Part shown: positions 38,935 to 51,600 of the stretch, piece by piece | Numbering within the stretch: position 1 is the first letter of the stretch | How the letters are laid out: every line of letters begins with the position of its first letter | Source of the DNA: Sphagnum compactum | Lineage: Eukaryota | Assembly: GCA_965153455.1 (NCBI GenBank) | Contig: OZ234493.1 | Location: 16,916,213-16,980,212, forward strand | DNA length: 64,000 bases | Reading direction: 5' to 3' | Translations under genes and position numbers: made by a program | The notes under the pieces: model-generated | Databases searched by the model: none | Told to the model about the DNA's origin: nothing | The model's input: the letters and a program-made list of their open reading frames with translations, nothing else

Positions 38935-39785
38935 AGATTGTTTGTCCTTCGACGAAGTTTCTCGGCTTCTGTCAAAGATTTAAACTTAGCTGTGTCGATC
39001 TGCATCGGAGCAGGTCCAAAAGAGGCAGGTTGCGCAACTGGTGCTGTTTGGGGAACTAAGGGGAGCGTAGTAGGCCGATTGTTCCAAAGCTGGGCGTTGG
39101 AGGTGACTTTCTTTTCCTAGCGACGTTCGAACAGACGATTATCGCACCGAATTGCATGGGTGATGGCTTCACTGAAGGAAGAAGGGTCTGCGAGTGTCAA
39201 CAAAAGATCTTGAACATCATCACGAAACCCACAGCGAAACTGATCAATCAAGGCAGCTTCTCCCCAATTGACGTCGCAGGCAAACTGCCTGAATTCTAAG
39301 GCGTAAACGATGGCCGAACGTGTCCCTTGCTGGAGGCGACGCAACTTGTTGGCTGAAGTCCTGGCCTTGTCACTGTCCCCAAATACTGCTTCAAATTCCG
39401 CCATAAAGGCGTTGAAATCTTGTAGGAGAGGGGATGATGTTTCCAGGATGGGAGCAAACCATGCTGCTGCTATCCCAGTGAGTAGGGTTCCAACGAATCC
39501 TACACGAGTGGTGTCATCAAAATAATGACGGGGGTGTAGTTGCATGATCAGGCGTACCTGGCTGACAAAGCCTCAAAATTTGAGGCGCGTTCCATCAAAC
39601 TTTTCTGGCAGATTGATCTTGGGTTCTGGGGCGGCCATTGCAAGAGCAGGAAGTACTGGGGCAGGAGGTGGTGGCTGATTTTGGAGGCGGGTCACCGAGT
39701 CTCTAAGCACGACATTTTCTTGTTGAAGGTGCTGAAGGGCGGCGAGGATTTGAGTGAGATCGATGTTTGATTCTGAGTTGTCCAT
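38814..39785 (-). pseudogene. gag: gag (capsid plus zinc knuckle) with two premature stops
   Basis: PKINLPEKFDG, LRRLQQG...Y..EF, PMQID, CLYYGNPGHIARQC (degenerate CCHC); TGA after GTRLKF and TAG after FERR. Confidence 0.9.
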
Positions 39786-40882
39786 GGTGGTAGTTCTCAC
39801 ACTTTTGCGCTTTCAATCTTCAAACTTGAAACTTCAGATGCTTGGATCTCTCTCAATACAAGTCCAAATGACATGAAATTTCTCTCACACATATGTTCCT
39901 ACATGATCTATAAGATCACAAAGTTACAGACCCAAAAAAACTTAAACAAAGGAGATATGACCAAAAAATCAGATCTGCACTTGAAACTTCAGATGCTTGG
40001 ATCTCTCTCAATACAAGTCCAAATGACATGAAATTTCTCTCACACATATATTCCTACATGATCTATAAGATCACAAAGTTACAGACCCAAAAAAGCTTAA
40101 ACAAAGGAGATATGACCAAAAAACCAGATCTGCACTTGAAACTTCAGATGCTTGGATCTCTCTCAATACAAGTCCAAATGACATGAAATTTCTCTCACAT
40201 ATATTCTTATATGATCTATAAGATCACAAAGTTACAGACCCAAAAAAGCTTAAACAAAGGAGATATCACCAAAAAACCAGATCTACACTTGAAACTTCAG
40301 ATGCTTGGATCTCTCTCAATACAAGGCCAAATGACATGAAATTTCTCTCACACATATATTCTTATATGATCTATAAGATCACAAAGTTACAAGCCCAAAA
40401 AAGCTTAAACAAAGGAGATATGACCAAAAAACCAGATCTGGCACAAAGTTTTCAAAAGCTCTTAACTCTCACAAAATATATCCTTTTCTTTTGAAACTTT
40501 GAGAGTAGAAGCGTCCTATAGTCTTCTATAACCTTTCCAAGTTTCACTCCAAGATACCTCTAGTTACTTACTGAAACAACAAAACAAACAAACAAGAAGA
40601 AGGAGCAGATCAAACTGTTATGGACCGATTACAAACAAGTGGAGAATTACAAGACAAGACAAACTTTATTGACCCATCAACTGGTGTTGATCTGCTGAAG
40701 GGTTGTTCCCCAGACTATCTCCTTTTATAACCCTGAGCCATACTAATCCCAAAATTTCCTAGGCCATAATATTGCCAAAAGTATCCAAAAATATCCTAGG
40801 CCATGATATTGCCAAAAGTATCCCAAAATATCTTAGGACATGACATTGTCAAAAGTATCCCAAAATATCCTAGGCCATGACA

Positions 40883-41356
40883 CATACCTTGAAAAACTCT
40901 CGATGAAGGCTACAACTTTGCTTCAGACCTCATTTCAATTGGAGGACTACACAAAGAGTTATGGGCTTCCAAAGTTGTAGGAGTCTCAATTTCAGGACAA
41001 AATGACATTTAGGTGTAGGCCCCATGGCCAAACATAAAAAATACTACAAGGGGGAAGGTCGTGGCTTTGCCAAGTCCAGGCCGTGATGAGTCTTGTGAGT
41101 CCGTGCATGTCGGTGACTCGTCTATGCACCAAAAATGCTCCAATTACGCTCTAACCAACTTGTTATTTGGTTTGTGTAGATCCGTGTGAATAATTGATCC
41201 GCTTGTCACTCGTCCTAGTCCCCATCCCAGAGCTCTAGCACGCCCCTCTACCCCCAAAGTGTTGCGAGCTAGGGAGCATACCCCAACTCCTTTTCCTTTT
41301 GATGTTTTCACCTTTGGATTCGTAGTTGATTTATCCAGGAGTTTGGGGGTGCGTCA
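40883..41356 (+). mobile_element. 3' portion of a solo LTR of the TGTCGCAACC family, abutting the chromovirus
   Basis: Aligns with the 3' half of 27486-28303 and ends GGGGTGCGTCA; 5' half absent. Confidence 0.85.
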
Positions 41357-43148
41357 TGTTCACTTCTTGGTTTCCAAGTTGTACATTTGAATAATCAACT
41401 TCCTACATAATTAAAAATACCTCTTATGTACATGAAAAAAAAAAATGTCACCACAAATTAGAACGTAAAGAAGGTTCATATTCCGAATGCAGGTTTTAGT
41501 AGTTCGCTAATGTTTCCATGCCATTTAGCTCTTGCATCTCTCTAATGGTAAATAATTTTATTGTTCCTCGAATGGTTCTTCTTCATCACCTCTACTTGGG
41601 ATTTGTCCACATGAAGTTGCCCCTCTTCCTCACATGCACCTTCCACCTTTCCTCCATGTTTTTGTCATCATGCATCTACTTCTATTAAATGATTGAATTC
41701 ATTCGTCAACAACAACCCTTATATCAATTGATCTTGTTAATTTGCCATTCATTGTCCCTGAAAACATGTAATTTTAGGGTTTTAGCTCTTTAAGTGTTAA
41801 TGCCGATAATCCTTTGAATGACATGAAGATCCACCTTGTTTTATAACTAATTTATTGTTGATGACACTATTAGCAGCTCATAGTTTACCCCCGTTGTCAA
41901 CTTTAAATGTTGTTAGTTTTTACTTTCTACCATTGCCATTTATTGTGTTTATTAACTCTGGAAATGATAAATGTTATCTTTCACTTCACCAAATCTTCAT
42001 GCTAGGCAACAACCTTTTATTATCTATCCAAAGGAGTTTTAATCTGCAGAATGTGCAAATACAAATTCAACTAAAGTTATTCAATAGGAAGATAATAAAA
42101 TAATATATTGGCTATCAAGATGGGTTGTATCACTTCCCCATATCAAGTAGGTTCCCAAACTTTATCCAAGCATTTGAAATCAAATATGTGTTCCACAAAA
42201 TGTCAAGGACATGTCATTTTCAACAACATATATTTTTTCCATACATATATGTTTGAATTTGATAATAGTACATCATCCCAATGAAATGTATTCATGAAAA
42301 AAATAGTTAATCCAATCTTTCTAGTTATGATGTTATCAAATCTTTCAAGGAGGTTATCATTTATCTTTGTAGAAAAATCTCAAGTACATGTTATTCTTTA
42401 TCACCAACACATAGAATATATATCCAAACATTCATATATGGAAAACTACATTTCTTTCATGCATATATGCTTCAAATAATTAATATTTCACCTTGCCAAT
42501 AAGTTCATGAAAATGCAAGTACTAGGCATTCTTCACATCAAAATTTCCAATTCCAAATATCTTAGGTATGTCCTTAGAAACATCCTCATATCAAATTTCT
42601 ACCTTATTTTGAAAAAAAGGCATTATTTCCCATGAAAAATTACATTCCTTTCATAGTTATGTGTATGGTTACCATTATTTCAATAACATCTTTCATTAAT
42701 TCAAATTTGCTTGGACGTTACACTTCTTTTTCTTTTCACATTGAAATAAATCTATGGACCCTAGAATTACTATACTTAACAATTTAAATTGATTATTGTT
42801 GTTTGTTGCATTCATCCAAAATAATATCACCATATATGATAGATTTGATATTCACCCTGTCATATTGTGATAAATAAATTTCTCAACTACTATTATTTTG
42901 CAAATAAAAAACCAAAATAATCAATTATTGTTCACTTTTGCCTCCTACTGTTATTGTTTTTGTGCATCAAAATAGAAAGGAAATAATTGAAAGCAAAAAA
43001 ATTCTTGGAAATACTGTTTGTTGTGGTCATATTTTCCATTGTTGATGATTAAAACTTGCACGAACTCCATTTTTACGCTTATTATTGTAGAGAATAACAA
43101 GGAATCAACATCCTAATAACATTTGTAAAATGTGAATATGGATTTTAG

Positions 43149-43278
43149 GGTTCACAAATTCAGTTGCAACATTGCCGTTTAGCTCAAATGGACATTTGTT
43201 GGCATTAGAAAGTCTTGATGGAATATTAAATGTGTGGGAGAGCTCCATTGGCAAATTGAGACACAAGCTAGAAGGACT
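43149..43278 (+). pseudogene. Isolated WD40-repeat exon fragment (AAMP/Sqt1-like)
   Basis: After TTTTAG| it reads GFTNSVATLPFSSNGHLLALESLDGILNVWESSIGKLRHKLEG, a degenerate GH.DSV..LAFS.DG.LLASGS.DG.V.VW repeat. Confidence 0.65.
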
Positions 43279-46200
43279 TAATTAGAAATGCCATTGAGGT
43301 CAACATTCAAGAGACTAATGATGATTGGATAAATGTGTAATGGTTAGGTGTGTAGTTTATTCTCGATGAGAGGTTGCCCAAGCTAGTCCTTTACTAGCAT
43401 GTTCCATTCTAGGGTCATCATTGTAAAACTTCTAGCATGCAAACTTCATTTAATTCTAGATGAAACACTGGAGCAATGGAAGGAGGATTAATAAAGGAGA
43501 AACAGACAAAAAATAAAAGAGACAAAGATATAAAGGAATGGGAAAAGAGAATCGTTGATAGGAGGGGGAGAAGAAGGATTAAATAATAATCTTAGGATTA
43601 AGAAGTCATGAGTGACTTACTGATCTAGAAACTTTTAATAGCTACTAAGAGAGAAAGAAAGACAAAGGAGTGAGCAAATTGAACATAATTCAGTCAAGGG
43701 ATGAAAGTAGACTATGATTCCATCACCCCCCCTCAACCCTAAACGAACAAAGTTCAACCTAAATTCTAGATGAGATGGACAAAAGATAAAAGGATCCCAT
43801 ATGTTCCCCTAACTTTTCTTGTTTACATTTTTTTTTTGCAATGGCGAAGCTAGTGTTCTTTTGATTTGTTGAATCAAAAGGAGGTTGATTGGTCAAGGCC
43901 GAGAACAAAATCTTGATCTTCTTGAATGTGAACTTTTCATTTTGTTATCCTTATTTGTTCCAGGGATTAATATACCAACAATTTTTAGCTATGTGGGCTA
44001 TTGAGGATTTAAAATGGAAGGAATTTTTAGCATACAACACACCTGGGTCCGTTTGCGTGCGAGCGGGTTTGCAGGGCTTGCCACCCAACCTTTGAGGGGA
44101 GACATGTTGGCTACGGACCCGACCATCACAGCCGTGCTTGTGTGTCAGTGTTGACTAGCTATTGAGATCGTGAAGCGTCAGGTCAAAATCGGTTCCTACA
44201 ACTTGCGAAGCTGTGCTGGGGGCGAGGAGGGGCACCTGCAATTGAATGTGCTGGCTGGGGAGCTGGAGGGTGTGGGCATTAGGCTTTGTGAGGTACAAGA
44301 GCTGTGCCGGCCGCGTGCTGGGGAATGCGACATTGTCGTACCATCTAACGTACGACGACACCAAGGGGAAGGGGACTCGAAGCTTGTGTGGTCTAGGGCT
44401 GACCAGCAACGTGAACAGGGTGCGGGCCTGTTGATGGCTCCTGCCTAGAAGGATGCCTTATTGTCGTTTCGCCAACTGGGCCCCAGGCTTATGTTTGCTC
44501 GCTTCCAGGCCAACACAAGGCAGCACCTGACTATGGTGACAGCCTATGCACCCATGGATATGGGGGAGGATGCGGCCAAGGATGTTTTTTATCTTATGTT
44601 GTTTGCCTGCCTAAAGGAGGCCCCTACCAGCAACAAGGTGGTTGTCCTAGGGGACTTCAATGCGGAGTTGGGTAGTGTTTGGTAGGAATAGCGCGGTGTT
44701 ACTGGCAAATTCCACCGGCACTGGGGTGGTGCTGAGCCATCTGACAATGGTGCCCACTTGCTTGACTTGGCTGCAGCTTCTCACCTTCGAGAGGCCAACA
44801 CCTTTTTCAAGCACCGCTTGGGCCATTTGGCGACATGGTAGCACGTCGGCACCCATCGCTAGTATGTCAAAGACTACATTTTGGTTTCTGGCAGTGTTAT
44901 GCAAGGGGTGAGCGATTGCTGCGTGTTTTCCAGCGTGAACCACGTGCCCAGCGACCACCGCCTGCTGGTTGTGTCACTGCAATTGCACCTCAAGGCACTC
45001 AAGCATGACGCTCCCGCACGCCGAGGGCTGTGGGATGGGGCTTTGTTACGAGAGCCTAACCACCAGGCCACTTTTGGGTGGGAGGTGGGCAATTGCTTTG
45101 CTGTTTTACCCCTTCGGAAGACCTTGAAGAGGAATGGGGCCGCTTTGTGACGGCAATGTTTACAGTTATTGCCAAGACGGTTGGGACCCGAGGCCCAGTG
45201 TGGCGGAACCGCTTGGGGCTGTCCCTAAGCACGCTTGAGCTCTTTGCACCCAAGCGGGCTGCCCATTTGGCTCGGCTTTCCCGTCCGCACTCCGCGGCTG
45301 CACAAGCAACTTTTTGCCTGGCAAACAAGAGGGTCAAGGCTGTTATAAGTCGTGACGCCCAAACCTATGTGAAGCAACAGGCTGACCAAGCTTAACGGCT
45401 GCAGCGGATCGGCCGTGTTTCTGCATGGGCACAGCAAATCCAACACATGGTGGCAGCCAGTGCTACCAGGGCCCGGGCCCGGGGCCAAGGTTCTGTTGGA
45501 CAGCAAAGGGGAACATGTTTACTGTCGATGCTACCAGGGCCCGGGGCCCCCCAAGGTTCTGTTGGACAACAAAAGGGAACATGTCTACAGCCCTAAGGCT
45601 ATTTTGGCTCACTTTTCTGAGCACTTTGTGGGGGTTTTGGGGGGTGGTAAGGACCCCATTGATGAGGTGTGGGAACAGCTGGATGCTACCGTGAGGAACG
45701 TTGAGGGGGTGCTGTCGGCACAAGGGGACGGCACAGGGGTTGCGGAAGAGCCTACACTTGCAGAGGTGCAGGTATGTGTGCAATGTCTTTGCAATGCTGC
45801 TATACTGGGTGAGGATGGCATTACTGCCCCCTTACTCAAGGCTTGCCCCGAGGGAAGTGAGTGGTTGCACCGGGTTATTCTGGTGGTTTGGCATGTGGGT
45901 CGGGCATCAGTGGCTTGGAAGCGGGCCTTGGTGGTGCCCCTCTATAAGGGCAAGGGCTCACAACAATCCATAGACAATTATCGAGGGATTAGCCTCCTCA
46001 ACATTCCTGGCAAGGTTTACGCCATGCTACTCATGCATCGGGTGAGCCAGGTGGTGGGGGCCAATTTACACAAGGCCCAGTGCGGCTTCCGCTTTGGCTG
46101 AAGCACTATGGACGCCATGTTTGTGATGCGCCAACTATCGAGCGCGGTGCAACGCAACAAGGACACGCAGCTCCACTTTGCGTTCATTGATTTGACAAAG

Positions 46201-46936
46201 GCTACGATTGGATAAATTGGCAAGCAATATTGCATATTCTACGTACATACTGGGTGCCCTCCAAAATTGTTGAGCTTTTGGAAGATTTGCACATAGGAAC
46301 GCTTGCGACAATCAAGCTAGGGGCTAGCCTTGGCCAGGAGTTCTCTGTCACTAGTGGGGTGCAACAGGGTTGCATTGCAGCACCACTTTTGTTCAACGTA
46401 TTCCTTGACTTTGTGGTTAGGCATGCCCTCGTCAACATGCGGCCAGATTCCGGGGTATCGATGCACTTTCGAGCGAACGACAACCTACTTTATCTGCATT
46501 GCATGGTGAGGGCTTTTTGCTGCACCAGATTGCCCTGTTGCTTTATGCGAACGACATGGTCTTGTTTTCCACCAACCCAGAAAACCTGGTATTGATGCTA
46601 CAATGCATGGATACCGCTGCAGAGCGGTTTGCCATGAGGATTAATGCGGCAAAGACCAAGGTCATGTCGGTGGGTAAGGGGGACTCACAGCTACCGACCA
46701 CCGTCACCATTAGTGGGGGCTAGGTAGAGTAGGTTGGTAGTTTCAAGTACTTGAGGGGTATCCTAACCTCCATTGCTAACTTGGAGGACGACGTGAACGC
46801 CCATAAAGGCCAGGGGTTAGGTGCCTTTGCTTAGTTCTCGCATTTGTGGGGGAATTGGCACCTAGGGGTCCCAGCGAAGGTGCAGGTCTTCAACACCTTT
46901 GTACTACCGCACTTTGTTTATGGGGCCAAAACCTAG

Positions 46937-47711
46937 TGTCGCAACCCTAGCCTTGGGCTCGCAACCAAGGCAAGGGCTTGCAAGGCTACGGGCCAAGAGG
47001 GAAGCCCGGGAGTCACATCTCGTGCTCCCGGGAGTGTAGGAAAGTGTGAGGGAATGACCCCTCACACTCCCAAAGGAATTCCCACTTTGGGAGTTGGAGT
47101 CCCGGTGGACTCCCGAATCTTAAAAAAATAATTGTAGGGGTCAGAACCCAATGGATTGAAGAGTTCCTTATATCATTGGAAAGCTATTAGAACTTATATG
47201 TTCAAAATGGGCTCGCATGACTCATTTGAACACTTTAAACACAAGTCATGGCCAAAAGAAGGTCTGGGAGTCAAATTGACAATTTGATTCTTGACCACTA
47301 AAAGTCGGGAATCGCCCCATTTTCCTTGCGTGTAGGTGGTGTGCAACATACCATTGGAAAGCTCTAGACGGGGCCTATAACTTTACTTCAGACCTCAGCT
47401 CAATCGAAGGTTTGCACGCAAAGTTATAGGCCCCCAAAGTTGCGGGAGTCCTAATTCTGGGAATTTTGGGACTCCCACTTGGGAGTTCGAGGACAAAATG
47501 CCATTTGGGTGCTAGTCCCATGGCCAAGCATAGAGTATACTATAAAGGGGAAGGTGGTGGCTTCCCCCAAGTCCGTGTCATGGTGAGTCTTGTGAATCCG
47601 AATTTGCCCGTGGCTCGTCCTAGCACCAAAAGTGCTCAAGCTATGCACTAACCAACTTGTTATTTGGTTTGTGCAGGTCCGTGTGAGTGATTGATTGCTT
47701 GTCATTCTTTC
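46937..47711 (+). mobile_element. 3'-truncated solo LTR inserted in the LINE
   Basis: Starts TGTCGCAACCCTAG; homologous to 27486-28303; breaks off after GTCATTCTTTC. Confidence 0.85.
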
Positions 47712-48620
47712 TTACATGCTCCCAAGCTCCTTGATAGACTCAAATATGAGTCTGGTTTGAAACAACGGAAGGGTAAAGAGTTTGGGCACATTCCCTGGCT
47801 CGTAGCACTTTGGGGGGTGGTGTAGAGGGGTGTGCTGGAGCTCCGGAATGAGACTAGGTAGAATTGAAAAATAATTAATCATTCACATAAATCTGCACAA
47901 AACCAAACAACAAGTTGGTTAGTGCATAGTGATAGCACTTTTGGTGCTAGGACGAGCTACGGGCAACTTGGATTCACAAGACTCACCATGGCCCGAACTC
48001 GGGGGAAGCCACCACCTTCCTCCATATAGTATGCTCTGTGCTTGGGCACGGGGCCTGCACCTAAATGGCGTTTAGTCCTAGGACTCCCACCCGAAATTCC
48101 CACCATTGGGACTCTCGCTATTTTGGGGCCCATAACTTTGCATGTAGACCTTCGATTGAGCTAAATTTTGAAGCAAAGTTATAGCCCTTGTCAAGAGCTT
48201 TTCGATAGTATGCCACATGCCACCTACACGCAAGGAAATTGGGGCGATTCCTGACTTTTAGTGGTCGGGAGTCAAATTGTCAATTTGACTCCCCACCCTT
48301 CTTTTGACTATAACTTGTGCTATAAGTGTCCAAATGGGTCATGCAAGCCCACATTGGGCATCTACGTTCCAAGAGCTTTCCAATTATATGAAGAACTCCT
48401 CAATCCATTGGGTTTTGACCCCTGCAATTACTCTCTGAAGATTCGGGAATCCACTGGGACTCCAACTCCCAAAGTGGGAGTTTCCTTGGGAGTGTGGGGG
48501 ACATTCCCTCACATTCTCCTACACTCCTGGGAGCACGAGATGTGGCTCCCAAGCCTCCTCTTTGGCCCGCACCCTTGTAAGCCTTCGCATTGGTCACGAA
48601 CCCAAGGTTAGGGTTACACA
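47712..48620 (-). mobile_element. Solo LTR of the same family in opposite orientation
   Basis: Ends GGGTTACACA (reverse complement of the family start) and begins TTACATGCTCCCAAG (reverse complement of the family end); flanks CTTTC / TTTGG do not match. Confidence 0.85.
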
Positions 48621-51600
48621 TTTGGAGCACCTATAAGGTCAAGCCGTTGGCTTACCTACTTGCTCAACGCAAGCTAAGTTGGTTAGGGCATGTGGCCAGA
48701 CTGTCAGAAACCAGGTACTCGCACATTGCGCTATTTGAACAACTAAAGGGCGCCACGTATGGCTATGGCAGGTCGCCACAAACCTTTAGGTCTATTGTGT
48801 GCAAGGATCTCGAGGCAACTGGCATACCATTTTGGGGTGGGGAATGGTATGTGCAAGCGAAAGACAAACCACTTTGGCGCCAACTAGTTCAGGGCATACC
48901 GCCTATAAAGGCGGCGCCCGCGCCAATGCGCAAACAACCGGCTCACGCATGCAAATGTTAGGGGCTTGGGCTTTTGGTTTGGTCTGTGTGAGGGTTGGCA
49001 CCATCTAGTTCAAGCTAGAAGCCTTTGGCCTATGGGCAGAACCAGTAACATGCAACTGATACTGATCCAATCTGCTATTAAATTCAATACCACTAACCAC
49101 AAGGGTATGGAGTACTTAAATTTGAGGTAGGTTGCATGGGACTTTATGCTTTAAAATATTATTGTTGACTAGAGTATGATTATGAAGAGTACTACCATTG
49201 GCATGGATCGCAACCTCCAGCAAACCAACCTTTATTATGATGCGCATGGAACGACAAGCTTATCCTTGGGTGTTACCACTAAGAACTTCACACCCCAAAT
49301 TTATGAAACCCATTCAACTTCAGGACAACATAGGACTCACATAAAGAAACCTTTTCATTCCAAAAAATTTATCAAAAGGTTACCCAAATCATGTGGAATC
49401 AAAACTCTAATTAAATTTACAAAAGAATATGTTTTGATGTGGAATATGAATGCATAAGGAAAAAGTTTCAAGACTGTCACACCACGGATTTTTTTGACTA
49501 GGAACACAAAAGGAATCTATTTTTTGGAATTTTTTCTTAGATGTTAATTTTTTAAAATACTTCAAATGCCAACCTACTTGATGTCTTTATAGATAATTGA
49601 TTGAATCAATTTTCATTTAGTTATGAATTTTTGAAGTCAAAATTATGAAGTCCTACATGGCCATTGATGTCAAGAACACAAATAATAACTATTTTCGTGA
49701 CTAGTTTGGATCATTCCCTTGTGCATGTACTAAATGAACAAGAAAAAATATCTAATGTGTAAGTGTAGGGACATTAAAAGAAAAAAGTCAAGAACTAGGT
49801 CAGGAATGGTAAGGAATGGTTTAGGAATCAAAATGTTAATGCATATTAAAGGTTTTTGGGTGTTCATTATTTTTCATGAGTGTGTGCATAGGTGGGGAAA
49901 ACATAGCCCACCTAGTCCAATCAAATAAACCAATGTATAAGTAAATGGAATCTTTTTTTAAAAATTGGGTCCAACTTTCCTGTGATTTTGGCAAGGTGGT
50001 TCCTAATAGTACCACCCTAGGAAAAATGTTATTGGAAACTATTCCAAACCATGTGGCAAGTCAAGTTCAAGTTGAACCTAGGCAATGGAAGTAATTGACA
50101 CACCATTGTTAAGAATTGGCTTGTTTCACAGATTTGGGTGATCACATGATGGAGGCGATTACTTGGAAAATCAACTATGAATACATGAATTTTCAAGCAA
50201 ATGATGTTCATTAAGGAAAATCTAAAATAAATGCTACTAATAATGTTTATGTTCAATACATATGTCATTTACTATTTTTATGTAGATCATTACAACCTAT
50301 CAAGAAATGATACATAATTAATAATATAGTGCAACTTTAATGTTTATTCATTTTTATACAAATAATTTTTAAAAAATAAATTAGGATAAAAACTCATTAA
50401 ACACTAATGTACCCTATGTCATTGGCCCAAGTTTGAATGCATTCAATTGAATTTTCCTTCCAAACCTTTTTTTGCAATTTGTTTGAATTTCCAATAACAA
50501 TACCCACTAATACTTCAATAATATTGTTCACATTTTAGGTATCAAAATTATAAAATCAATGTTGTTAAATCAAACTTGGTGTGGGCTTTCCAATAATACC
50601 AAGAATGCCCCCATATTCTAATAATTTTTTTAATCTTGGTTTTATTTTTTAATTCAATGAAAAAATGGTTCAACAATCAATAGAATCCACACCATAACTC
50701 CAAATATTCTAAACCAAGTTAGCGCACCCCTATCCATTGAGAACATTTTTATGATAAGTCCTATGGCATAACCTAAAACATTATGGTTTGGGAGATATCA
50801 TTATGAAAAAACAAAACAAATTACCTTCCTTCATGGATAGATAACGTAACATGTGTTGCCCGCCACAAGTGTGGACACACTCAGCTCATTTTCCCTTTTA
50901 ATCCCAATTTTTTTCTAATTTGTATAAATTTTCAACAACAAAATTCATTCAAAATTCAATATCTTCCACACCTTAAATATGAAAATTATGAAACAAATTT
51001 CATTAAATTTGACTCCGCAACTATTTTCCAACAACGTACACCAAATACACCTTTGGATTCAAATACAATTTTTATTTATGATTTTATTAATGATTACTAA
51101 GAAAATGGTTCAATAATCAATAACCTTTGCATCGTAGCTCCAAAAAATTTCAACTTAAGTCAATGCACCCCTACTGATTGTTAGGTTTTCAAAGACATCA
51201 ATAGCATTGCATGAAACAATTTGGTTTGGGAAATTTCAACTTGATAAAACAAAACAAAATTAACCAACTACATTCATAAATAGATTAAATTACATGTAAA
51301 TTTTTTTTGTATTAAATGAATGGTTATTTATGATGCAATTTTTTTGTGTATATAAATAATAAACTTTGATTTTAAAATAAAATTTAAGAAAATTTTGAAC
51401 TATAAGTTTGTAATATTGTGCATGTTCAATACACCTAATTATTATTTATATGTAACTGAATTTTTTTTTACAATATATCAAATAATGATACGTAATTAAT
51501 ACTTTTGTGGAACTCTAATGTTTATTCATTTTTCTAGACATGATATTTGAATATTTGCTTTAAATTGTAATAAATTTTCTTTAAACATTAAACTACATGT

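Larger units (their letters stand above)
34838..40882 (-). mobile_element. Full-length Ty3/Gypsy chromovirus LTR retrotransposon (Tcn1/Tf1-like), defective
   Basis: 267-bp LTRs at 40616-40882 and 34838-35104 (TG...CA), polypurine tract GAGGAGAGGATAA at 35105-35117, domain order gag-PR-RT-RH-IN-chromodomain. Confidence 0.95.
44040..49070 (+). mobile_element. RTE-like LINE relic (APE endonuclease plus RT), interrupted by two LTRs
   Basis: GSYNLRS, AYAP, LGDFNA, NTFF, SDH; YKGKG, NYRGISLL, QCGFR, FIDLTKAYD, GVQQG, LLYAND, FKYL, LSWLGHVARL; no ORF1; many stops; ends near ACTGATACTGAT. TSD not found. Confidence 0.9.

Noticed and set aside
41400-42800. Possible decayed coding sequence on the minus strand
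   Set aside because: Too degenerate to assign by eye.
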